This document shows, piece by piece, positions 27,344 through 35,760 of a DNA stretch of 64,000 nucleotides. The notes below the pieces were generated by a model that worked only from the letters and a program-made list of their open reading frames with translations, made no database searches and was not told the DNA's origin. The first letter of the stretch is position 1. Each line of letters begins with the position of its first letter. The stretch is taken from NCBI GenBank assembly GCA_963693055.1, contig OY843751.1, positions 2,080,001 to 2,144,000 on the forward strand, in the 5' to 3' direction. The position numbers and the translations under genes are program-made. The stretch comes from a bacterium (GTDB lineage: Bacteria; Zhuqueibacterota; Zhuqueibacteria; Residuimicrobiales; Krinioviventaceae).

Positions 27344-28606
27344 ATGATTATGAGAAAATTGAAATTGTATTATTTACCTGTGTTGATTGTTTTGATAGGG
27401 CTTTTAAGTCAATGTGCTGTTGATCCTGAAGATGATATATTGGCCCCTGAAAATGAAGAACCAACAACAAAACACACTATAGCAGGCTGGGTATGGGCAT
27501 ATAATTCTGACGATGCAGTATGTAATGTTTACCATACAGAAGACATGCAAATGTGGGCTTCTTTTTCCGCTGAAATGCATCCGATGATCCGCGTTTTTGA
27601 AGCCGGCCTTATAAATTCAAATTTGAACTACTCCCAATGGATGGCAAAGGGAAACCAAATTTATGCCTTTACGGATGGCATTCTGGACCATGGTGATCAT
27701 GGACATATTGTTCTCCCTTTAGAACATAAAACAATTACATTGCATGAAAATGCCAACCTTGTACACAATAGTTGTTCCTCTAATGGACAGATGGTCGCAT
27801 TTGCGGATGATTCGCAGCAAAGTCTACATCTTATCAATGTCCAGGATGGAAAGGTAACGACAATTGAGCAAGGCTCAGCGCATTCTTCGGTAATACTCGC
27901 CGGTGATTACGTAATTACAACTGCAGCAACATCGACTGGTGAGAAATGGGCCAAGCTTGTATATATATCAACCGGAGAAGTGGAAAAAACGCTTGAAATT
28001 GGTGCCGGGGCACACGGTGATGTTTACTATGATCAAAACAATACAGCATTTATTGCCTGCGATGATGGTATTTATGTTGTTAATGTTGATGAAAAAAAAG
28101 TAGAAAAGAGAATTCCTTACGGAGAAGAAGGTAGAACCAATTTTCTGTATCATGCACCAGGAGAAGCTTATGCGGTTGGGCTGCATAAAACGGATTCCGG
28201 CACCAGCGATAAATTTATTTTGCTGGATATGGCAAGTGAAACGTTAGAGTATATTACAATACCCAATGCGCAATTGGATTGGAATATATCATTGGGTCTT
28301 TTTGCTTTGGCCCGGGAAGGGCGTGTAGCTGTTTTTTCAGATAAATCAAAAGCTAAAATATATCATGTAACCCTGGAAACCCGTGAGATCATCACTCTTG
28401 ATTCACCGAATGCAGCTTCTCCTGTAACTGTCAGCTATGATGGGACTCATGTCTGGGTACTTTCTGATCAAACAATAAGCCGGATTTATGTCCCAGCGAA
28501 CAAGGTCGAAGATACCTTTGCAGTACCCGCGGGTACAGATTGGATTCGGGTGACAACATATAAGACAGGTGCAGAACTATACGATAATGAAAAACACGAG
28601 TTTTGA
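27344..28606 (+). CDS. Second AztD-like beta-propeller lipoprotein (paralog of 25707-27281 without the Ig domain)
   Basis: Lipobox LSQC; DHGDHGH, LVHNS, AHSSV, AHGDV, ACDDG; blocks GRTNFLYH, VGLHKTD and LLDM shared with the upstream paralog. Confidence 0.7.
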   Translation: MIMRKLKLYYLPVLIVLIGLLSQCAVDPEDDILAPENEEPTTKHTIAGWVWAYNSDDAVCNVYHTEDMQMWASFSAEMHPMIRVFEAGLINSNLNYSQWMAKGNQIYAFTDGILDHGDHGHIVLPLEHKTITLHENANLVHNSCSSNGQMVAFADDSQQSLHLINVQDGKVTTIEQGSAHSSVILAGDYVITTAATSTGEKWAKLVYISTGEVEKTLEIGAGAHGDVYYDQNNTAFIACDDGIYVVNVDEKKVEKRIPYGEEGRTNFLYHAPGEAYAVGLHKTDSGTSDKFILLDMASETLEYITIPNAQLDWNISLGLFALAREGRVAVFSDKSKAKIYHVTLETREIITLDSPNAASPVTVSYDGTHVWVLSDQTISRIYVPANKVEDTFAVPAGTDWIRVTTYKTGAELYDNEKHEF

Positions 28607-28636
28607 TAGCGTCATATTTTTAGATGGGACAATCAA

Positions 28637-31027
28637 ATGATAAAATATATTCTTACACTATTATTTTTTCCCCTGCTGTTGTTGGGGAATTCCCTGCCTG
28701 CGGTAGATTATTTCCAATTATCTGGCAGGGTAACAGACGCGGAAGGAGAAATCCTAAAGGGCGCTCAAATTATATTGCCTGCATTAAATTCGGGTACTAC
28801 ATCCGACGAGGCGGGAGAGTATAAATTGAATCATATCCCGGCAGGACGTTACCAGTTTATTTGCAGCTTTATGGGATATGCAACTGAAAAATATGAGCTA
28901 GAGCTGTTTAAAGATACGCGTTTGAATATCCAGATGAAAAAAACAATTCTTACAATGCCTGCAATCAATGTTACGGCATCGGCGGCCCCAACGGACGTAT
29001 TGACCTCAAATCGTACTGTTTCGGTTTTGGAGAAAGAGGATTTGGACACTCAATATGCTAATTCACTTAGCGGGGTACTTCAATCTGTTCCCGGTGTTCA
29101 GCTAACGGAACAAGGCCCGCTCATTTCCAAACCCATGATTCGGGGCATGACCAATCAACGGATCATTATTTTAAAAGATGGTATAAAACATGAGGCACAG
29201 CAATGGTCGAACCATCATACTCCGGAAACCGATCTGTTTGAAGCGCAAAAAATAGAAATATTACGCGGCCCTGCCAGTTTATTGTATGGAAGTGGGGCCA
29301 TTGGCGGTGTGGTCCACATTATCACACAATCACCAAAAAATCGGCAGGAGGGTGCTCCCGCTTTTGGGATGAATCTGACAACGCAAATGTTTACCAATAC
29401 CGAGCAAACTGCAGGCGCTCTCTCTGTTTTTGGTGCAAAGCAGCACATTGGCTGGCGCTTGAATTTGAGTGGACGAAAAAGTGAGTATTATGCGGTACCC
29501 GGACAGCGTCATTTTCTTGTCAAACAATTGGATACCGGTTTTGAGCAATGGAATTCCCATGCGGCAGTTGTTTTTAACCGTCAAAATCTGGAATTAAAAC
29601 TCGAGGCAAACCATTATTGGGAAGAACAAACCCTGATAGGAGAAGGGCATTGGCATAACAGCGGCGGACCTGATGGCGGTCCCTGGTACCATGCCGCGGG
29701 TGCTATTAAATCACCTACCTTGCACCAAAAGGTACAGCTTGTTGGTAATTACCGTATAGGACTCCATCGCATTGAATTTGATCTTGGCCGACAACGAGAC
29801 CATCGTCAGGGAATCCCAAGCGGGATGGATCCGCAGGTTGATCTCGAAAATTTTTACACCGAATCTAATGTAAAATTTCATCATATTTTTAATGTATATT
29901 TCCCCGGAACTGTTGGGTTCACCCTCGGTGAGAAAAAAGATAAAACCTATGGAGAAGAAGTACTGATCCCCAATTCAACCACTCATGATTTTGGACTCTA
30001 TTTTCTACAAAATTACCAGGGAATTAAGAGCCTGAAATTTTCAGCAGGGCTGCGGTATGACTGGAGAAAACTTGATTTCACGGAAACGGTGATGCAGCAT
30101 GCCTATCTTGATGATGATAATCAAATTGTGCCGGCAAACATTGTCCCTCAAGGCGAAAAAACATATTATGGCGTTGCCAGCGGCAGTTTGGGTATTGTAT
30201 GGCACCAGCCGCACAACCCGTTTTCCATTGCTGCCAATTTGGGCTCGGGTTGGCGGGCCCCCTTGCCGGTGGAATTGTACATTCGGGGAGTCCATCACGC
30301 CAGTTACGAGTATATGATTGGAGACCCGGAACTGAAACCGGAACAGTCCATCAATCATGACTTAATATTCAGATGGGTGAATGATAATGTGGCATACGAA
30401 TTCAATATGTTTTATAACCGGATTTATGACTATATATTTGCAAATCCTACAGGTGAATTTCATTACCTGGGTTTCAAGCAAAATATACCAATATACCGTT
30501 ATGAACAAAGTGATGCCCATTTATATGGATTTGAGTGGTATAATCAATTTAAATTAACCGAGCGAGCTCGAATTGATTTTGGTTATGATTTGGTTAGAGG
30601 AGAAATTCTCTCACCCATGATAGACGCGGATAATGATGGTGATGTGGAAAAAAATCTGCCGCACATTGCCCCGGACCGTTTTCATGGAGGCATTACGCTG
30701 CACTTGCCCGATTTTTTGCTGCGTAATCTTAAATGGCGGGTAGAAGCCGAGCACTATATGATACAAGATAAACTCGGTGAATTTGAAAATGTGCTCAACA
30801 GGGACGCTGACGGAGATGGATTTAATGATGAGTTGATTTCCAAAGGCTACAGCCTTTTGCATACGTCACTCAGCGGCGATTTACGGTTTTCAGCTATAAA
30901 AACAACCGTTCTGGCCAGTGTGCGGAACCTGACGAATGAAAAATATTACAGTCACCTCAGCAATTATAAAAGTATTGCATATAATCCCGGGTTTGATTTC
31001 TCATTAAAGCTGGTATTCAGCTTCTAA
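28637..31027 (+). CDS. His-rich TonB-dependent outer membrane receptor (ZnuD-like metal transporter)
   Basis: CarboxypepD-reg-like N-terminus; plug PMIRG and IEILRGPASLLYGSGAIGGVV; HEAQQWSNHH, GHWH, GVHH; PELKPE; NLTNEKY; C-terminal Phe. Confidence 0.9.
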   Translation: MIKYILTLLFFPLLLLGNSLPAVDYFQLSGRVTDAEGEILKGAQIILPALNSGTTSDEAGEYKLNHIPAGRYQFICSFMGYATEKYELELFKDTRLNIQMKKTILTMPAINVTASAAPTDVLTSNRTVSVLEKEDLDTQYANSLSGVLQSVPGVQLTEQGPLISKPMIRGMTNQRIIILKDGIKHEAQQWSNHHTPETDLFEAQKIEILRGPASLLYGSGAIGGVVHIITQSPKNRQEGAPAFGMNLTTQMFTNTEQTAGALSVFGAKQHIGWRLNLSGRKSEYYAVPGQRHFLVKQLDTGFEQWNSHAAVVFNRQNLELKLEANHYWEEQTLIGEGHWHNSGGPDGGPWYHAAGAIKSPTLHQKVQLVGNYRIGLHRIEFDLGRQRDHRQGIPSGMDPQVDLENFYTESNVKFHHIFNVYFPGTVGFTLGEKKDKTYGEEVLIPNSTTHDFGLYFLQNYQGIKSLKFSAGLRYDWRKLDFTETVMQHAYLDDDNQIVPANIVPQGEKTYYGVASGSLGIVWHQPHNPFSIAANLGSGWRAPLPVELYIRGVHHASYEYMIGDPELKPEQSINHDLIFRWVNDNVAYEFNMFYNRIYDYIFANPTGEFHYLGFKQNIPIYRYEQSDAHLYGFEWYNQFKLTERARIDFGYDLVRGEILSPMIDADNDGDVEKNLPHIAPDRFHGGITLHLPDFLLRNLKWRVEAEHYMIQDKLGEFENVLNRDADGDGFNDELISKGYSLLHTSLSGDLRFSAIKTTVLASVRNLTNEKYYSHLSNYKSIAYNPGFDFSLKLVFSF

Positions 31028-31032
31028 AAAGA

Positions 31033-31062
31033 AACCCATCCGCCTCTATCGGCGGATGGGTT
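31033..31062. terminator. Hairpin between convergent genes (bidirectional terminator or palindromic repeat)
   Basis: AACCCATCCGCC-TCTATC-GGCGGATGGGTT. Confidence 0.75.
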
Positions 31063-31111
31063 ATTAAGGTTTTAATATACACCGGTATATCTCAGATTTG
31101 AGTATTGTTTT

Positions 31112-32419
31112 CTATTGCACTTCCGCCCATTCCCACAGCATTTCAATGGCTTTGCCTAAAACACCTGCGGAACCACGGAATGTACCGGCACCTTTGGGGC
31201 CGTTGTCTTTGGTGTACCATTCGTAAAAGCCGTTATTGTCCAGAACCCGTTTGATCATGGGGCGAATTTCCCGATATGCTTCTTCCGCGTAGCCGTTTTC
31301 CACCAGCGTTTGTATCATGCGGCCGCCAAACCAGGTCCAGTCGCCGCCGTTCTGGTAAGAATACTCATTTTTCATTGCCTTGTTTTCAAAGAACCCGGCA
31401 GGATAGGGCGGGTACAGGGTCAAGCCGATACTGGGCGCACCGGATTCGTTAACATTCTCTACCATTTTGTTGAGCGAGACCAGGATTTCTTCATGCGTAA
31501 GAATACCTGCTTCAATGGCAACGGCTGTTCCGCCATGGTAATAGATGGCGTTTTCATCAAAATCCGCCGGAAAGGGAGAGCCGTTCAGATAGATATGGGG
31601 TATGAATTTCTGTGCTTTTCCATCCCACAGGTATTTGCGTGTATTGGCTTTAGTTTGATCGTAAATTTTCTGCCACTGTTGTTTTTTTGCCTGACCGTCA
31701 ACCATATCAATGAAATTCTGTACCGCGATTAAAAACATGGCATTGTCGTATACATCTATTGCCTTGTGGCTGGTTTCGTCCAAAACAACACCCCAATCGT
31801 GCTCGGGCTGCACATCGCCCCAATCGGCGGTGGTTGCGCCCCAGATGAGTCCGTATTTTTCATCATAGCGTTCGGTTAGTAAAAAATCCAGCGCCATTTC
31901 AAGACGATCAATAACATTTTTACCGGCAATTATTTCATTTAAAATACCGGAATCGCCGGTTGCGCGGATATATTTGTGAATACACTGCACCAGCGACGCT
32001 TCCTGATCGGTTTCTACTGTATTCTTGTGCGCCAGGTATTCAGGGGCCAGATCGGATTTAATGAAATCGTATTTATAAAATGCCTTTTTTACGGGCGCGT
32101 ATCCGTCTACAATGTTGCCGTCATTGCCCTGGAATTTGAAAAAAGTTAGGATGTTTTCCCGTATAACTTTTTCATCGTTAACCTGGCAGGACAATTCTAC
32201 AAATGTGTTCAGGTCTCGTATCCATACTTCTGTGTACTTGTCCCCGGCACTGAATCCGGATTCAAGGATGTCAAGTGCCCGTTCATGCACCTGTACCAGA
32301 GTAGAGTCGTTCAAAATTTGTTGTGCCAATTGCTGTTTTGGCGTTTTTGTACAAGAGTTCAAGTTAAATACTGCAATACTGATTGATAAAAACAATATTA
32401 CCTTTTTGAGGTTGTCCAT
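31112..32419 (-). CDS. Six-hairpin (alpha/alpha)6 glycosidase-like lipoprotein (amylo-alpha-1,6-glucosidase/GH78/GH116-like clan)
   Basis: Lipobox LNSC; VWIRD, TDQE, ADWGD, YQNGGDWTW and GFYEWY motifs. Confidence 0.65.
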   Translation of the reverse strand: MDNLKKVILFLSISIAVFNLNSCTKTPKQQLAQQILNDSTLVQVHERALDILESGFSAGDKYTEVWIRDLNTFVELSCQVNDEKVIRENILTFFKFQGNDGNIVDGYAPVKKAFYKYDFIKSDLAPEYLAHKNTVETDQEASLVQCIHKYIRATGDSGILNEIIAGKNVIDRLEMALDFLLTERYDEKYGLIWGATTADWGDVQPEHDWGVVLDETSHKAIDVYDNAMFLIAVQNFIDMVDGQAKKQQWQKIYDQTKANTRKYLWDGKAQKFIPHIYLNGSPFPADFDENAIYYHGGTAVAIEAGILTHEEILVSLNKMVENVNESGAPSIGLTLYPPYPAGFFENKAMKNEYSYQNGGDWTWFGGRMIQTLVENGYAEEAYREIRPMIKRVLDNNGFYEWYTKDNGPKGAGTFRGSAGVLGKAIEMLWEWAEVQ

Positions 32420-32420
32420 G

Positions 32421-33998
32421 TCATGCCCACCATTTTCGTGTTCGATTCGGGATGTTATCTAGTACATCTACTGCTGTATTTACATCATCTACTATCTGGT
32501 AATCAAACATACCCACACAGATAAAATCTGCACCGTTTTCAAATGCAAAGCGGAATCCATCATCGGGTTGAATGGCTCCACCGGCAAGTACTTTGAAACC
32601 TATGACCGGAATGTTTTTACTATTAATAAATTCCACGGTTTTATCCGGGAACAGGCAAAACATGTTGTCATGGAATTCATCATGGTTGATGGAACGTTTA
32701 CCGTCAACAGAGAAAGGAATGCGTTTTTCCATAGGATGCGCGGACCAGTATCGATCATGATGCAGGGTTTTCATATAAAAATCAGGAACGAGTCCGGTCT
32801 CGTCACAGGCAATCAAAGCCTGTACAGAATGTGCGCCCAGTCCTGCAGGATACCCTTGTTTGCGGATGTAGTCGATGCATTTTGCCAAAACATCAATGTT
32901 ACCTTCTTTGACGCGCCAATCGCAACAGTTGCCCTGAATCTGGATCAGATCAACACCGTTGTCTATGACCTTGTCCACATGGCTGTAAATATCTTCTGCC
33001 GTTGGATGGATCTGGCTGATGGTTTTTATTTTGCCGCCCATCACGGTTTTGTATTTGTTGATCAAAGGAAATTGGCTATGGGTAATGTTCATGGTGTTGA
33101 TGCCGGCCATTTCCGCAAGTTCAAGTGTTTCAAAAACTTTTTTCTCTGTATTATAAGCTTTGAACAGGGAAGAGACATAAATTAAATCCCTGGAATGAGA
33201 CCATCCGCCAATCAGATTACCCCCCATAATGAGTCTGCTGATCTCTTGATCACCAATTTTACCCATAGGGAGTTCACCTTTCAGGTCTTTCAGTTTACTG
33301 TCACTGACCTTGATAGTTGCTCCGGTAATTGCGTTGACTTTTTCCCAGTTGTATTTTTTAATAACTCCATAAACAAAACCACCCAGAATGGGGAGTGTTA
33401 CCAGATTTTTCATCACCTCGCGACGGTCCATATTCAGATATGAGGGTTTTACAGGCTGTTTATGCTTGGGAGTCATTTGGGTTTGCAGGTTATTCAGGTT
33501 GTCTTTGAGGCTAAAATATTGTACAAATCGATCCAATCCGAAAAACAGACCTGAGGGAAATACCGCGACAATTGCCAGAGCTGCCATTTCAACGAGGTTC
33601 TTGTTTATCAAAAGATAATGCCCCTCTTGAGGGATACCAAAAGTAGTACCCACAAACGGGGGATTGGCCAAATAAAAAAGCGCCAGAAATCCTATGCCTG
33701 CTATTGCCCAAACACGTGTAAAAAGCCCCAATAGCAATCCCAACCCCACAAGCGTTAATCCCCACATGTTTATAAAATCCACAATCTGTAATACAAACGC
33801 ATTGGATGCCATCCAGTGAAATAGCCCTGCAAAGATCCAGCGAGAACTTTGAAGGTATGCGCCAGCGGACCAGTCGGGTATCAGGATTTTTGACACTCCT
33901 TCGTAAAGAAAATGCCAGCCGATAACCATACGCAATACAGCAAGTAAAGTGGATTGAATTGTTGAAAAATTGTTCCCCTTTTCGTCAATAGTGTTCAT
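32421..33998 (-). CDS. DoxX family membrane domain fused to an aldo/keto-reductase-like TIM barrel
   Basis: ATG 33998 after AGAGGG; LRMVIGWHFLYEG..K and GLLLGLFTR (DoxX); internal DRREVMK; ISRLIMGGN, GLGAH, GFKVLAGG, GADFICVGM. Confidence 0.75.
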   Translation of the reverse strand: MNTIDEKGNNFSTIQSTLLAVLRMVIGWHFLYEGVSKILIPDWSAGAYLQSSRWIFAGLFHWMASNAFVLQIVDFINMWGLTLVGLGLLLGLFTRVWAIAGIGFLALFYLANPPFVGTTFGIPQEGHYLLINKNLVEMAALAIVAVFPSGLFFGLDRFVQYFSLKDNLNNLQTQMTPKHKQPVKPSYLNMDRREVMKNLVTLPILGGFVYGVIKKYNWEKVNAITGATIKVSDSKLKDLKGELPMGKIGDQEISRLIMGGNLIGGWSHSRDLIYVSSLFKAYNTEKKVFETLELAEMAGINTMNITHSQFPLINKYKTVMGGKIKTISQIHPTAEDIYSHVDKVIDNGVDLIQIQGNCCDWRVKEGNIDVLAKCIDYIRKQGYPAGLGAHSVQALIACDETGLVPDFYMKTLHHDRYWSAHPMEKRIPFSVDGKRSINHDEFHDNMFCLFPDKTVEFINSKNIPVIGFKVLAGGAIQPDDGFRFAFENGADFICVGMFDYQIVDDVNTAVDVLDNIPNRTRKWWA

Positions 33999-34317
33999 TT
34001 TCCCTCTTTTCCCTGGTAATTTCAATCTCTTTTACGGAATATACAAAATAATGTAATAGGGGGCAATTTAAAATGTTTTTTAGCAATAATTACCAAAAAA
34101 TGACGGATTGCCAGGGTTCGGCAGCACATTTGATATCTTTGTGAATCCCCGGAATTTAGACCGATGCGTTCCAATTACCGATTTTTTACTATTGATATTG
34201 TGGATAAAAATGTTTACCTATATTGACTAATTGTTAAGATTGTGTTTATATTGGAAGGCTCCTTACTTGGGGCCTTTTAAACAAATTTTAATGCTTGAGC
34301 ATTGTGGAGTATTTATC

Positions 34318-35013
34318 ATGATTACCGGTAATCATAATATGTCAAATGTGATTTCTCAAAATCCGCGAATATTGATTGTTCTGGAAAATTTCAATATTGA
34401 TTTGGGATTTGAAGAAAAGACTGTGGACAGGGTTTGTCAAGACTATAATATTAATACACAGCTATTTTTAGCAATTGCAAACCTTAATTGTAATCACGAG
34501 CAGATAAAATTATACGATATACATATTGCCCTCCAAGATCTGGAGTATATTTTAAGTTACCTGAAAAACTCTCATGTCTATTTTCTCAATGAAAAGATCC
34601 CTGCACTTAAAAAATTGATTGATGGGAAATTGCAAATGAATCCTGATGAGCGATATACGCGTTTGATTAAGAAATTTTTTGATGATTATTCCCGTGAAGT
34701 ATTTGAGCATATGAATTATGAAGACAGAATTGTTTTCCCGTATGTAAACAAATTGTTAGCAAAGCAGAATGATTCTACCTACGCAATGAAAGAGTTTAAA
34801 AAGCATCATTCTGATATTGAAATTAAATTAACTGACCTTAAAAATCTTTTGGTCAAATATGTTCCACCCGAGTACGATTCTGTAATCAGAAGAAAAATAT
34901 TGTACATGTTGTTCGAGTTGGAACATGATATCAATATTCATGACCATATTGAAAACAATCTTTTGGTTCCTATTGTAGAAAAATTGGAATTGGATGGAGA
35001 TGCAATTGGATAA
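34318..35013 (+). CDS. Hemerythrin-like domain protein (RIC/ScdA-like N-terminus)
   Basis: ATG 34318 after GGAG; [10 protein letters not shown]; His/Glu ligand pattern [30 protein letters not shown]. Confidence 0.8.
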   Translation: MITGNHNMSNVISQNPRILIVLENFNIDLGFEEKTVDRVCQDYNINTQLFLAIANLNCNHEQIKLYDIHIALQDLEYILSYLKNSHVYFLNEKIPALKKLIDGKLQMNPDERYTRLIKKFFDDYSREVFEHMNYEDRIVFPYVNKLLAKQNDSTYAMKEFKKHHSDIEIKLTDLKNLLVKYVPPEYDSVIRRKILYMLFELEHDINIHDHIENNLLVPIVEKLELDGDAIG

Positions 35014-35617
35014 TGTGAACGGTAGCAATGTCGTTATTATTGACCCATCCGTAATCATTCGGGAAGGTTTGGATAACATATTAAAAGACATATTGGATGA
35101 TGTTAATATTATTTATCTTCATTCCGTGAAGGAATTTGGATCCATTCCCAAAGATGAAGAACTGTCACTCGTTCTTATTAATCCGGTAGCAATCCCTGAT
35201 TGTATGAATAATACAATCAATACAATCAGGGAAGGGTTTCCCAAATTAAAAGTAATCGGTATTATTTCAGGTTGTTACAGCAGATCTCATATAAGCCTGT
35301 TTGATGATATAATTTTCATTAATGACGATATTGATACGATTGCGAATATATTGAAAAACAATACATTGCCCCTGCAAAGCAAAGACCGTTTAAATAAAGC
35401 TTTGACAAAACGAGAGCTGGATGTTCTAAGGCTGCTGGTTAAAGGGTATCCTAATAAGCAAATTGCGACAGACCTTTATATCAGCGTACATACGGTTATT
35501 AGCCATCGTAAAAACATAAACCGGAAACTTGGTATTAAGTCTATTGCCGGTCTGGCAATTTATGGTGTTATCAATAATATTATTGATATAGATGAGTATT
35601 TAGACACTGCCCGCTAA
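34994..35617 (+). CDS. LuxR-family transcriptional regulator with degenerate receiver-like N-terminus
   Basis: [47 protein letters not shown] helix-turn-helix; overlaps the hemerythrin gene. Confidence 0.92.
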   Translation: MEMQLDNVNGSNVVIIDPSVIIREGLDNILKDILDDVNIIYLHSVKEFGSIPKDEELSLVLINPVAIPDCMNNTINTIREGFPKLKVIGIISGCYSRSHISLFDDIIFINDDIDTIANILKNNTLPLQSKDRLNKALTKRELDVLRLLVKGYPNKQIATDLYISVHTVISHRKNINRKLGIKSIAGLAIYGVINNIIDIDEYLDTAR

Positions 35618-35760
35618 ATTCATACCCCAACAGTACTTTTTTATCCCCAAAATATACTAGTTTTTCCGTTTGAAAATCACATACTCTGGCGATTGATTGA
35701 GATGTCAAACAATTGTACATTTTTTGAAATAAAATTCTAATAAACAGGAGAAACAATTTT

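Noticed and set aside
34026-34317. Cobalamin or other riboswitch upstream of the hemerythrin-LuxR-TBDR module
   Set aside because: No B12-box or other aptamer consensus on either strand; only a small hairpin near 34255-34276
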